A model generated the notes under the pieces. It was given only the letters and a program-made list of their open reading frames with translations. It did no database searches and was not told the origin of the DNA. Shown here in pieces: positions 19,659 to 30,085 of a stretch of DNA of 64,000 nucleotides; position 1 is the first letter of the stretch, and the number at the start of each line of letters is the position of its first letter. Source of the stretch: Spirochaetota bacterium (GTDB lineage Bacteria > Spirochaetota > UBA4802 > UBA5550); the NCBI GenBank assembly GCA_963664815.2, contig CAXXHB010000001.1, positions 29,511 through 93,510 on the forward strand, given 5' to 3'. Made by a program: the position numbers and the translations under genes.

Positions 19659-20486
19659 TTAATGCCCGCGTTTAAACACCCTGACCGTCGAAAAATCCGC
19701 TTTTGAAAACCGTTTCACACACAAAATAAAAAACAGAATGCACATAGTAAAAATTATAAGAGCACTGATGGCCGGCGTTATAATAAATCTGTTTAAACAA
19801 AACGCTACTCCGGCATCAACAAGAGCTGCTGACGGCATATTTTCCATATGCAGGGCCGCAGACCTGAATGCGGCCGTAGCGTAAGTCAGCGGATTCAGGT
19901 ATACCAGCGGTATTAAGATTTTCGGCAGGGCCGTTACCGGGATATAGGCACCCGACAGGAAAGTTAAAGGGAAGGTAGCTATCATCACAATCAGCTGAAA
20001 GCTGTCCGATTCTTTCGCTAAGGTGGCAAGATACAGGCCCATTGAACTGAATGTCAATCCGACAAGAAACATCAGCCCCAGCATCACTGTTCCGTGGATA
20101 AAACTGATTTTCAGCCCCATAAACAGCGCAATTACAACTATAATCACCCCCTGAATAACCGATATTATCATCGACGAAAGTACGTGACCTATGGCAATCT
20201 GCCACCGGTAAACAGGCGACACCAGTATCTCCTTCATGAAACCGGTGGAAATATCCTCCAGTATATTCATCGAATTGGTTAACGATGATTGAAATACCGT
20301 CATAATAATTATGCCTGAAATCAGGTAGTTCATCGGATTTTCTATCCCCCGGGCAACTGATTTCATTACAAATGAAAAAATAAACAAAAACACACCGGAC
20401 ATCAATAGTGTCATAAACAGCTTCAGCCTGTTGCGCTTCAGCTTTATAAGATTTCTGATTAATATGGCTTTTACCGGACGTATCAT
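19659..20486 (-). CDS. ABC-2 type exporter permease
   Basis: GFMKEILVSPV, FLSGAYIP, NPLTY. Confidence 0.9.
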   Translation of the reverse strand: MIRPVKAILIRNLIKLKRNRLKLFMTLLMSGVFLFIFSFVMKSVARGIENPMNYLISGIIIMTVFQSSLTNSMNILEDISTGFMKEILVSPVYRWQIAIGHVLSSMIISVIQGVIIVVIALFMGLKISFIHGTVMLGLMFLVGLTFSSMGLYLATLAKESDSFQLIVMIATFPLTFLSGAYIPVTALPKILIPLVYLNPLTYATAAFRSAALHMENMPSAALVDAGVAFCLNRFIITPAISALIIFTMCILFFILCVKRFSKADFSTVRVFKRGH

Positions 20487-21400
20487 TCCCTTATCTCCTT
20501 TCCCGTGATGGCTATAAACGCATCGTTCAGCGTGCCTTTGTTAATTTCAATATCCGATATGCTCTCTTTAAATAACGATACAATATTCAGGAGTTCATCC
20601 GTGTTTGTGGTATATACCTCGATATGTTCCGTGTCAGATTTAAATCTGATATTCCTCACTTCCAGATACTGCATAAGATCCCCCCTTTTCGGGGTCTGAA
20701 TTTTCATTGTTGTGGCAGTGTATTTTTTTTTCAGATTGGCCGGAGTATCATAAGCCACAATCCTGCCGCCGTCAATAACCGCCACATTATTACATATTTC
20801 AGCCTCCTCCATATAATGTGTTGTGAGAAAAATTGTAATATCCTTCTGCTTCTGAATTCTGCAGATATAGTCCCAGATGCCGGCTCTTGTCTGCGGATCG
20901 AGACCTGAAGTCGGCTCATCCAGAAACAGCACTTTCGGGAAATGAACAAGTCCGCGCGCGATCTCGGCACGCCTTTTCATGCCGCCCGAAAGACTGTCAA
21001 CGGGCGCATTACGGCGTTTGCCCAGATCGACCAGATCAAGAACAAAATCGATACGCCCTTTAACCTCAGGTTCCGGAACGTTATAAAAATCGCAATGCAG
21101 CTTCAGATTCTCTTCAACAGTGAGTTTCCCATCCAGCGTCGATTCCTGAAAAACAATCCCGATATCATTTCTTACCCTGTCTTTCTGACGGGTTATGTCG
21201 TTGCCGTTAATATACAGATCTCCACAGGTTTTATCCTGTATTGTACAAAGCGTGTTGATTGTTGTACTCTTGCCTGCACCGTTCGGTCCGAGAAACGCAA
21301 AGATAGTCCCCTTTTCAACATCAAACGAAATATTATCCACCGCAGTGATACTGCCGAATCTCTTTGTAAAATTTTTTACTTCAATACTTTTTAAACTCAT
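20483..21400 (-). CDS. ABC exporter ATP-binding protein (DrrA-like)
   Basis: GPNGAGKST, LSGGMKRR, LDEPTSGLDP, TTHYMEEA. Confidence 0.95.
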   Translation of the reverse strand: MSLKSIEVKNFTKRFGSITAVDNISFDVEKGTIFAFLGPNGAGKSTTINTLCTIQDKTCGDLYINGNDITRQKDRVRNDIGIVFQESTLDGKLTVEENLKLHCDFYNVPEPEVKGRIDFVLDLVDLGKRRNAPVDSLSGGMKRRAEIARGLVHFPKVLFLDEPTSGLDPQTRAGIWDYICRIQKQKDITIFLTTHYMEEAEICNNVAVIDGGRIVAYDTPANLKKKYTATTMKIQTPKRGDLMQYLEVRNIRFKSDTEHIEVYTTNTDELLNIVSLFKESISDIEINKGTLNDAFIAITGKEIRE

Positions 21401-21516
21401 AACTGTTCCCTTTAATTTAATCCCCTTCAGCTCAATAAATTTTCTTCCATTTTTAACTTCTATGTTTATACAGACGATATTGGTGAGAATTTATTGCTCC
21501 GGCCTGTACGCTTTAC

Positions 21517-21580
21517 GCCCCCTCTGTTTCTCCCCCATGAATGGGGGAGATCTCGTGCCAGGGACAGTGGAGGGTAATGC
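21517..21580 (+). repeat. dispersed palindrome family (also 25093-25152, 27336-27396)
   Basis: ccccctctgt.tctcccccatgaatgggggaga...gccggtgacagcggcggataat. Confidence 0.8.
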
Positions 21581-21812
21581 GGCGACAATTTTATTGATAT
21601 AACCGTTTTCCTGTGTTTCCCCTCGTTTTAAAAAAGAAAAACCTGTTTCATTTTAACGGATTTTCCTGAAAAAGAAAAAACCGCAAATTTTTCATATATT
21701 TCATATTTTTTGGGGAATAATTATAGCTTTTTTCTACTATACCTATTATGGAATAAAATTAAACGTTTAACCTGTATTTATATTATATTAATTTTTATAA
21801 GTGGTATCAGTT

Positions 21813-23219
21813 ATGATAACAAAAATTTCCGGAATCCGGGCTGCGGCCCTTTCCGCTGCTCTGATCATTATAATGGCCATGGCCACCCCCCTCAGTGCCG
21901 AATTTATTTTTCTCAAAACCGGAGAGATTTTAGAAGGCTCAATTGTGAACGATAAAGCGGCCACGGTATTTCTCCGCACAGCCGATAAAAAGACCCTTCA
22001 GATAAAACGTGACAGCATAATGCGCATACTCTACACAAAGCTGAAGATGGGGAAGATATATATCCAGAAGCGCAACGGCGAGGGTATTGTCGCCTTTATT
22101 GTAGACGAAGACCAGGAGAACTACATATTCAGGAAAGAGCTGTACAAACCGCAGGAGTTCAATCTCAAAAGGTCGGAGGTTCTCTTCATGGCGGAGAAGA
22201 ATCCCTCGGGGCTGGCAGTCTCCGGCGAGATTGGAACAGACAGGGTATCGCTTGTATGGCTTCCGCCGTATGATGCCGTTAAAAAGTATAATATCTACAT
22301 AAAGAAAAACCGGGAGGATAAGTATGAACCTGCTGAAAGCGTGAAAGATAAAAAGGCGGTATTGAAAAAGCTTTCAAGCAACACAAAGTATTATCTCATT
22401 GTGACAAGCGTGGACAGCCAGGACTACGAATCTGAACCTAGCAACGAGCTTGTAATCACAACAAAAAATATTGCGCCGTCAAAACCTGGCGGTATAACCC
22501 GGGAAATGAAAGGGGATAGCGTAACAGTCAGGTGGAAAGAATCAACCGACCCGGACGGCTTTTTGAAGGGTTATAACATATACCGGATTGATGGTAAAGA
22601 GAGGGTCAGGCTGGCCTCTGTGAAGAAGCCTGAATACAGCGTGCCCGGTGATATCTCCGTATTTAAACTGGAGATAACCGCAGAAGATGACCTGGGAAGC
22701 GAATCGCCGAAGAGCAGGGTGCTTATGCCGCTGCAGCTTGCGGTAATGGCCTGCCCCGCAGTTTTTTCACTCACCGGGGAACTCGGCGAAAAGTTTAATC
22801 CCGGTACGGGCGGTACACTTAATATAGGCCTTCGTAATACCATGTTCCAGAACATGGAAGCAGGAATAAGCTGCGGATACTTTACTTTCAAAGGGAAAGA
22901 TAAGGAGAACACTGAGAGCATGAGCCTGATCCCTTTTTCTGCTTACGGAGGGTATCATTTCAGGTTTATGGAAACCTTTACCTTTTTCCCCTTCGCCAAA
23001 CTCGGCGGATCCTGTTTAAAAATGAAATACACGAGTATTGAAGGTAATACAGACAAAACAGTAACAGACCCTGCTGCGGCATTTGGCGTTTCACTGACAG
23101 CTGAATACGGCAGGTTTAATATTTCAACAGGCGCGGACTGCGGCCTGTTATATGAAAGTAAAGGCTCAAGGCCTTTTTATGAGTGCTTTATAAACATTGG
23201 CACGCTTTTTGAGTTATAG
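21813..23219 (+). CDS. exported fibronectin type III protein with a C-terminal beta-barrel-like region
   Basis: Two FN3 repeats (W.PP...YNIY...LSSNTKYY.VTSVD...ESEPSN). Confidence 0.8.
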   Translation: MITKISGIRAAALSAALIIIMAMATPLSAEFIFLKTGEILEGSIVNDKAATVFLRTADKKTLQIKRDSIMRILYTKLKMGKIYIQKRNGEGIVAFIVDEDQENYIFRKELYKPQEFNLKRSEVLFMAEKNPSGLAVSGEIGTDRVSLVWLPPYDAVKKYNIYIKKNREDKYEPAESVKDKKAVLKKLSSNTKYYLIVTSVDSQDYESEPSNELVITTKNIAPSKPGGITREMKGDSVTVRWKESTDPDGFLKGYNIYRIDGKERVRLASVKKPEYSVPGDISVFKLEITAEDDLGSESPKSRVLMPLQLAVMACPAVFSLTGELGEKFNPGTGGTLNIGLRNTMFQNMEAGISCGYFTFKGKDKENTESMSLIPFSAYGGYHFRFMETFTFFPFAKLGGSCLKMKYTSIEGNTDKTVTDPAAAFGVSLTAEYGRFNISTGADCGLLYESKGSRPFYECFINIGTLFEL

Positions 23220-23229
23220 GGGGGTAAAT

Positions 23230-25065
23230 ATGAAATTCCGGGGACTTTTTTTTATTTTACTGGCGGTTCTGTTATCCGGTTCCTGCGAGTCGGGATTATA
23301 TGATATGATTGATGAGTCAAACATGGCCAAAGCCGCACTGAAGAGTGTGACACTCTCAAAAGGAAGCCTCTCTCCTGAATTCAGGAGTTACACAACATCC
23401 TTTGAAGTTTATACCGGGGAAAATGTTACAAGTGTAACAGTCTGCCCAGTCCCTGAAATGGATGACTCGACAATAAAGTACAGGGTGGACAGCGGAGACT
23501 GGAACGAGGGGAATATAGTCCTTAATGGAGTTTCAGCATTCACTGTAGTTAAACTCGACATCAAGGTCACTTCAGGTGACGGGAAAGCTTCTCTTGTTTA
23601 TACGTTTAATGTAACGCAGACATCAATAAAAGGATATATTGTCAGGTTTTCATGCCCTGATGCGAATGTGGAGCCGGAGTATTACACAAAAATATTAGGT
23701 TCTTCCGAAACAACAGTGGGGACACTTCCCGGGTCACCGGGGAGGTACGGTTATGCCTTTGCAGGATGGTACACTGGCGAAAACGGTACAGGTACGCAGT
23801 TCACAAAGGACACGCCTGTCACAGGGGGCATTACTGTTTATGCGTACTGGAAGGGGGGCACATCCGGGCTGAGCTTTACAGGTGGCGTAGTAACCTCTTC
23901 AAGCATATCAACAGGGGAGGTTGTTATACCTGAATACACTGCCGGAGGCAATAAGGTCACTAAAATAGCGGACAGTGTATTCAATGGTAAAACAGGGATA
24001 ACGGGTTTTAATATCCCGGGAACTGTCACGGCCATAGGAAACTCCACCTTTTCCGGCTGCACCGGATTGACCGGTATGACAATACCTGCTGGTGTAACAT
24101 CCATAGGAGGGTATGCATTTGATAATTGTACCGGATTAACCAGTGTAACAATCCCCGGGAGTGTGACATCCATAGGGACTTTTGCATTTAGAAGTTGCAC
24201 CAAATTAACCAGTGTGACAATACCTTCGGGAGTAACATCCATAGGGGTTAATGCATTTTATAATTGCACCGAATTAACCGGTGTGACAATACCTTCAGGA
24301 GTAACATCCATAGAGGCGGGTGTATTCAGAGGCTGCATCAAATTAACCAGTGTGACAATACCTTCGGGAGTAACATCCATAGGGGATAACGCATTTTATT
24401 ATTGCAGCGGGTTAACCAGTCTTACAATTCCTGCAAGTGTCACATCCATAGGGGTGCAGGCATTCGGGTATTGTACCGGTTTAACAGGGACATTGACTAT
24501 TCCTTCCGGTGTAATAACAATAGGGGAGGGTGCATTTACATATTGCACCGGATTAACCGGTATGACAATCCCTTCGGGAGTAACATCCATGGAAGCCAGC
24601 ACTTTTGAGAGCTGCACGAATTTAACCAGCGTGACAATATCTTCGGGAACAACATCCATAGGTGTATCCGCATTTAAAAACTGCACAAAATTAACCAGTG
24701 TGACAATACCCGGAAGTGTGAAGACCATAGGAGATTACGCATTTTATGGTTGCACTATATTAACCGGTGTGACAATACCTTCGGGAGTAACATCCATAGG
24801 GCAGTACGCATTTTTTAATTGCACAGGTTTAACAGGGGCACTGACAATTCCTGCAAGTGTCACATCCATAGGGCAGTACGCATTTGGTAATTGTACCGGT
24901 TTAACCAGTGTACGTATTTATTGCAATCCAGTCCCAACTACTGGTACACAGGTTTTTTATAATCTTTCAGGACGTACCCTTTACAGACCAAACGGAGCAA
25001 CAAGCTATAATGCATACCCCTGGAGAGTAGCGGATGGTGTATTCAGTTCAATCCAGGATCTATGA
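23230..25065 (+). CDS. BspA-type leucine-rich-repeat (LRR_5) lipoprotein with cadherin-like and InlB-B domains
   Basis: About 13 TIPSGVTSIGxxAFxxCTxLT repeats; GYAFAGWYT...ITVYAYW; lipobox LSGSC. Confidence 0.92.
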   Translation: MKFRGLFFILLAVLLSGSCESGLYDMIDESNMAKAALKSVTLSKGSLSPEFRSYTTSFEVYTGENVTSVTVCPVPEMDDSTIKYRVDSGDWNEGNIVLNGVSAFTVVKLDIKVTSGDGKASLVYTFNVTQTSIKGYIVRFSCPDANVEPEYYTKILGSSETTVGTLPGSPGRYGYAFAGWYTGENGTGTQFTKDTPVTGGITVYAYWKGGTSGLSFTGGVVTSSSISTGEVVIPEYTAGGNKVTKIADSVFNGKTGITGFNIPGTVTAIGNSTFSGCTGLTGMTIPAGVTSIGGYAFDNCTGLTSVTIPGSVTSIGTFAFRSCTKLTSVTIPSGVTSIGVNAFYNCTELTGVTIPSGVTSIEAGVFRGCIKLTSVTIPSGVTSIGDNAFYYCSGLTSLTIPASVTSIGVQAFGYCTGLTGTLTIPSGVITIGEGAFTYCTGLTGMTIPSGVTSMEASTFESCTNLTSVTISSGTTSIGVSAFKNCTKLTSVTIPGSVKTIGDYAFYGCTILTGVTIPSGVTSIGQYAFFNCTGLTGALTIPASVTSIGQYAFGNCTGLTSVRIYCNPVPTTGTQVFYNLSGRTLYRPNGATSYNAYPWRVADGVFSSIQDL

Positions 25066-25309
25066 CAACCTTGTTGCTAACTATTATACCCGCCCCCTCT
25101 GTGTCTCCCCCATGAATGGGGGAGATTGTGTGCCGGTGACAGCGGCGGATAATGCAGAATCGAGCACGTACAGGAGGTCCGGAAAAGCGCCCGATTGATG
25201 TTGCTCTTTGCCCCCTTCTGGGGTTGCGGGGGCTATAATTGCAGGACGAATATCATCCGTCCTGCTGCCCGCAGGCAGCTGCCTGGAAACGACTGTTTTA
25301 CATTATAAC

Positions 25310-26254
25310 CTATTCTTTAGCTCCATAATCCTTTAATAACTTAACAATATCATTTCGTTTTAAAGAATAAGCATATGTCAATGCTGAAGATTTGCCTTGT
25401 GTTCTTGCATTGGGATCAGCTTTTTTATTCAATAAAAGTTTTATTATTTCAATATGCCCCTGAGTGCTTGCTGCAATTAAAGCTGTCATTCCAAAATCAT
25501 TTTTTAGATTAGGGTCCGCTCCTTCTTCTAACAGAACTTTTACAATCTCTGTCCTCCCTGCCATTGAAGAATACATTAATGGAGTCTGGCCATTAAAATC
25601 CGTTGTATTGATATCTGCCTTTTTTGCCGCTAATGCTTTTATCGCTTCTTCACTGTACTGACAAGACGCATGTATAAGAGCGTCTTTCCCGCTTTTATCT
25701 TTAATTTTTACGTCTGCACCTGCTGACAATAAAAGCCGGACATTGGAAATCATATTATTTTTTACCGCATGTATTAATGCTGTCTGTCCGGTTGAATCGG
25801 TTTTATTTATTTCGGCTCCATGTTCAATTAAAAGCTTTGTTATACCTTTTGCTATATCTTTTGATGATTGCATCAAAGGCGTAGTCCCGTCGAATTTCTG
25901 AGCGTTTAAAGCTGCTCCTTTCTCGATAAGCAATTTTGCAATTTTTTCATTTCTATTCTCAACAGCCATTATTAAAGCGGTGGAATCAAACTTTTTTGTT
26001 TTTATATTAACATCTGCACCGTGCTCAAGTAATAGTAAAGCTATTTCATATTGATTAAAATTTACGGCAGTCATTAGAAGTGTTCTATTAGTACTGCTTA
26101 AATCATTTATATTTATGTTATCTGCAATTTCTCTTTTTACCTGCTCTATCTCTCCTTTCTTTATGGCATTTGATATTTTATCAAGGTTTGATTTTTGTAA
26201 ACTTGAACAGCCTGTTATAAATAATATGACGACGATGGTAATGAATTTTTTCAT
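25310..26254 (-). CDS. ankyrin-repeat lipoprotein
   Basis: ITGC lipobox; ~8 ankyrin repeats. Confidence 0.9.
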   Translation of the reverse strand: MKKFITIVVILFITGCSSLQKSNLDKISNAIKKGEIEQVKREIADNININDLSSTNRTLLMTAVNFNQYEIALLLLEHGADVNIKTKKFDSTALIMAVENRNEKIAKLLIEKGAALNAQKFDGTTPLMQSSKDIAKGITKLLIEHGAEINKTDSTGQTALIHAVKNNMISNVRLLLSAGADVKIKDKSGKDALIHASCQYSEEAIKALAAKKADINTTDFNGQTPLMYSSMAGRTEIVKVLLEEGADPNLKNDFGMTALIAASTQGHIEIIKLLLNKKADPNARTQGKSSALTYAYSLKRNDIVKLLKDYGAKE

Positions 26255-26656
26255 CTTAGTCCACTCCCTAAAATCATGAAATATATTTTTAATTCTCCTG
26301 CAGTTGCTTCTTTTCTATTCAGAAAAATGCGATTATTTTCAGAGGGTTTTAACTCAAATCTCTGATGATAAAGATCATAATGACTGTTGACTGAATGTCA
26401 AATCTGCATCTTTGAGCCAACACGACATCCGCCTGCCGGCATGAAACATGATGTTTAAGCAAAACCGGCCCTGACAAAAAATATAAAGGCACTGCCTGTT
26501 TGAATTAAATTTACGGCTAATGAGACAGATTCCTATATCCCTGCCAACGTTATTAAAAATAATATCTGGCTTGACAGTCTGTTTCATACATGTATATATT
26601 AAGTCAATATTTCCAGATTTTTTCTGTTCACTTATTATTAAGCGGATCTTTATAAA

Positions 26657-26971
26657 TTGATAGATAAAATAAAAAAAGCAATATCACTTGATAATATTAT
26701 TTTCAAGAAGCATGCCCTGGTAAGAATGCTTGAAAGAGGAATTGAATCAAACAATATTATACAGGCCCTTGAGAATTGCAGTATTGTTGAAGAATATCAC
26801 GATGACAGACCGTACCCAAGCTGTCTGTTTCTTGGATACTCAGGCAACAGGCCGCTGCATATCGTATTATCTTTTAATCCGGACATTGAACTGATCTTTA
26901 TTATTACAATATATGAACCTTCTGACGAATTATGGGAAGGCGACTACAAAACCAGGAGGAGAAAAACATGA
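26657..26971 (+). CDS. DUF4258 toxin
   Basis: KHALVRMLERGI...EEYHDDRPYPSCL...PLHIV...ITIYEP...W. Confidence 0.85.
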   Translation: MIDKIKKAISLDNIIFKKHALVRMLERGIESNNIIQALENCSIVEEYHDDRPYPSCLFLGYSGNRPLHIVLSFNPDIELIFIITIYEPSDELWEGDYKTRRRKT

Positions 26972-27198
26972 ACTGCCCGTTATGCAAAGGTGAAATGCAG
27001 AATGGAACAACGCATGTTCTGATAAATCACGGCGAGGATTCAGTCATTGTTATTAACAAAGTCCCTGCCCTTATCTGCGAACAATGCGGTGATGATTTTA
27101 TTGATATTAATACCACCAGGAAAATAGAAGCGCTTCTGAAAAAGCTTGAAGCTGAAGGCCTCCGAATGGGATTTATAGATTATACCAGAGCAGCTTAG
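26968..27198 (+). CDS. YgiT/MqsA-type zinc-finger antitoxin
   Basis: MNCPLCKG...VPALICEQCGD; ATGA overlap with the toxin. Confidence 0.85.
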   Translation: MNCPLCKGEMQNGTTHVLINHGEDSVIVINKVPALICEQCGDDFIDINTTRKIEALLKKLEAEGLRMGFIDYTRAA

Positions 27199-27626
27199 CC
27201 GCAGGCAGCGAGATCATACATAACATATAACCGGCCACAACCCCCTCTCCATCGTATCATGGAGAGGGGCGGGGTGAGGCGTATTCTTGCATCTGAAACA
27301 GGCAGATTCTTCAACGAAAACTGTTGCGTCTTCCGCCCCCTCTGTGACTCCCCCATGAATGTGGGAGATTGTGCGCCGGTGACAGCGGCGGATAATCATG
27401 AAATGTCTGAAATTTTTAAACCTTTATGTCCATATAATCCCGTATTATATGGACATAAAAAAAAGTTGGGGAATGAATAATTCCTGCAGTTATTTCATAT
27501 TTTTTAAAGCAGTTAATTCATCTTTAGCCAGGTTGTCTTTTTCGTTCTTTGCAAAAGCGAATTATATCAACCGGGGAAATTCCCCGGTTGATATAATGCC
27601 TGGGAGAGTTTTATTCTGTCATTGTT

Positions 27627-28937
27627 TTAAAACAATCTCAACACTAAACCGGCCTGTACATAATATTCAGGTGGAAAATTTCCTTTAAAATCCATGGTTG
27701 TATTTTTAAGCATATTCTGCTGCGCTGCAGGAATTGTCCCGGTGTTTGCTGTATTTGTTTCACTAATTTCAACATCAGATATCAGTTCTGAAAATAGGTG
27801 AAAATCAACTCCGGCTAAAAAAAACAGATCAACATATCTGGATACATATACGGAAAATCCTGTCTCAATTTTAAATATATATGAATAAATATCGGTTTCA
27901 GCATCAAGATTGTATGTTGATGCATACCTATACGTTACAGGATAATTCGAATAAGCATAACTATAATTATTTTGCGATTTTGAGTATTTAAGATTGAATT
28001 TATCAACTCCTATACCTGGTATCAGATAAAAGTTAAATCCTTCAACGGGATATATCATCTGAAAATTTAAGGCTAAACCATATCCATTATTTAAATCATA
28101 ATCGTTTAAAGATAAAGAATTACCTTCATTAATAGTTCCATTTACTAGATTACCATTATTATAAGAAGTTGATCTGTTTTTGAAGCTGCTGTACATATAT
28201 TTGATATCCATTCTGACACCGAAATTGCCGGTAAACTCATAGGAAGGGGATATAACAGCGGTCTTCATTTTAATATCTGCTTTTTTTGATGTTAATCTCA
28301 ATGATTCAAATAAGCTGTTTTTAGTTACTTCAAAGGTTGGTACATTAACATCCTTGATTATCCCGTATCGATAAAAAAATCCCACGGCGTATTTTTTTCT
28401 GCTTTCATCCTGCATGTATGTTCTCATCGGCGTTGCGTAGGATGTTCCGGCAATTTTATTAACCAGTTTAACGGCCAGTATCTTTGAAGCAAGTTCAAGA
28501 TCCTCTTCTGTCAGACATCTTTCAGATTCTGCAGAATCAATCTGCCCGGTTTCAACATCAACAGACTTCGCAGTTAAAATAAATGCCTTCCCTGTCTTTG
28601 CAAGCGTTCCCAGTATAATCTTCTTTGCAGAGAGAAGTTTTCCCATCTCAACAGCACATTCCTGCTCTGTACATCCGGTCTGCTGAAAACCCTGCTCATT
28701 CAGGATAGCGCCTATCTGTTTTCTTTCAATCACAGTGAGCTCGCTTTTTTTTGCCATCTCTGTACTGACAAATTCAGATACAGCCTTTGCCGCATATTTG
28801 GATGTGCCGTTGGCGTCAAAATCGAGTATTGCGATTCTTGTTGATCCTGCTGCAGAGGCCTGGATAAAAGATGAAAAGAGAAAAATTCCGGTTATGAGAA
28901 CAGAGACTGATGCATTCTTCAATTTTTTGACTGACAT
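27627..28937 (-). CDS. CsgG/TolB-N-like domain plus a C-terminal outer-membrane beta-strand region
   Basis: IAILDF, VIERKQIGAILNEQ, AVEMGKLL, VDVETG; C-terminal Phe. Confidence 0.7.
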   Translation of the reverse strand: MSVKKLKNASVSVLITGIFLFSSFIQASAAGSTRIAILDFDANGTSKYAAKAVSEFVSTEMAKKSELTVIERKQIGAILNEQGFQQTGCTEQECAVEMGKLLSAKKIILGTLAKTGKAFILTAKSVDVETGQIDSAESERCLTEEDLELASKILAVKLVNKIAGTSYATPMRTYMQDESRKKYAVGFFYRYGIIKDVNVPTFEVTKNSLFESLRLTSKKADIKMKTAVISPSYEFTGNFGVRMDIKYMYSSFKNRSTSYNNGNLVNGTINEGNSLSLNDYDLNNGYGLALNFQMIYPVEGFNFYLIPGIGVDKFNLKYSKSQNNYSYAYSNYPVTYRYASTYNLDAETDIYSYIFKIETGFSVYVSRYVDLFFLAGVDFHLFSELISDVEISETNTANTGTIPAAQQNMLKNTTMDFKGNFPPEYYVQAGLVLRLF

Positions 28938-28946
28938 TGCGTACCT

Positions 28947-29447
28947 CTATTTATATTTATTGTTTAAATATTTTTCGAAGGAGCTGATGCTTTCAGGTTT
29001 ATAGCCGACTGACCGGTAGATGATCTGCCTGTTTTTATCTATAAGAAAAAATGCCGGTATTGCAAGTGACGGCGAATATTTTTTTATGGTCTGCTGATAT
29101 ATGTCGAGAAGGCAGGTACAGTTTTTAATGCCGAGCTCATTTAATACCCTATCCGCCTCCGGTTTCCCCTCTTTGTCTATATTTATAAACAGCAGGGTGA
29201 TATTGCCGCTATACCTTTCATGCAGTTTAACGAGCTCAGGGATCTCCTTTCTGCACGGCGCACAGTAGCCGGCAAAAAAGACAATTAGGATATCGCTTTT
29301 TTCAGTTTCAGTGCTGAGTTTAACAAGGTTCCCCTCAGTGGAGAAGAGTGCAAATAAAGGGGCTTCTTTATCAGAAGAGTAAGCTGTAAATGAATATAAA
29401 ATAAGGGAAACCGACACACAGAGCTTGATGAAAATGTTGTTTTTCAC
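28947..29447 (-). CDS. TlpA-like thioredoxin
   Basis: FAGYCAPCRKEIPEL; cis-Pro IPAFFLID. Confidence 0.85.
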   Translation of the reverse strand: MKNNIFIKLCVSVSLILYSFTAYSSDKEAPLFALFSTEGNLVKLSTETEKSDILIVFFAGYCAPCRKEIPELVKLHERYSGNITLLFINIDKEGKPEADRVLNELGIKNCTCLLDIYQQTIKKYSPSLAIPAFFLIDKNRQIIYRSVGYKPESISSFEKYLNNKYK

Positions 29448-29763
29448 AGTTTAATCTCCTGAAATTAATTCGTTTATAAAAGCATACTCCTCTGACATAT
29501 ATTACATAGCTCTGCCTGCTGAAGACACAGCGGATAATCTTAAACACTTCTGATGCATGGGGATGTAATTTTATCCCCCTGAAAAATTATGCGGCTGCCA
29601 TGATCAAAAGAAAGGGTAATTTAAATTTTAATTTAAATAGAATATATTGCATATTTTTTGTCAAGAAAGATTTTAGTGCCTTCTGAGACTGGTTTTAAAC
29701 ATATACAGGAATCCGGTTCCCACTGACATTCCGGGGCCTAACCGTTTTTCCTGCGAAAATACT

Positions 29764-29903
29764 GACCCTCTATACAGAAAAGTAAATTTCGCTTCAGTTA
29801 CGCCTCAAACACCTTACCGACAGAGAAAAACACGCGTTTTCCTCTGCCGCAAACGGTATTGAAACGGAATTGAAACGGTATTTAAAAGGGTCTTCATACT
29901 GCT
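29764..29903 (-). repeat. dispersed ~150-bp element, copy 2
   Basis: Reverse complement aligns with 1420-1571. Confidence 0.8.
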
Positions 29904-30085
29904 TAAAGACTGTTTTTGAAGGTTCATGAACTTAACATATCCCCCCTCCCCTGCTTTAATTTTATCTGTACTATAAGCCCCCTAAATCCCCGCACCATGG
30001 CCGGTATAGTATACTTTCAGCGACCGGAACTTAACAACCCCCGCACCCCCGGAGGGGGCAAAGATAGTCTTGCCCCCTCCGGGGG

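Noticed and set aside
23940-24910. Non-coding tandem repeat, or antisense ORFs at 23838-24728
   Set aside because: Explained by 69-bp LRR_5 coding repeats; the antisense ORFs are shadows.
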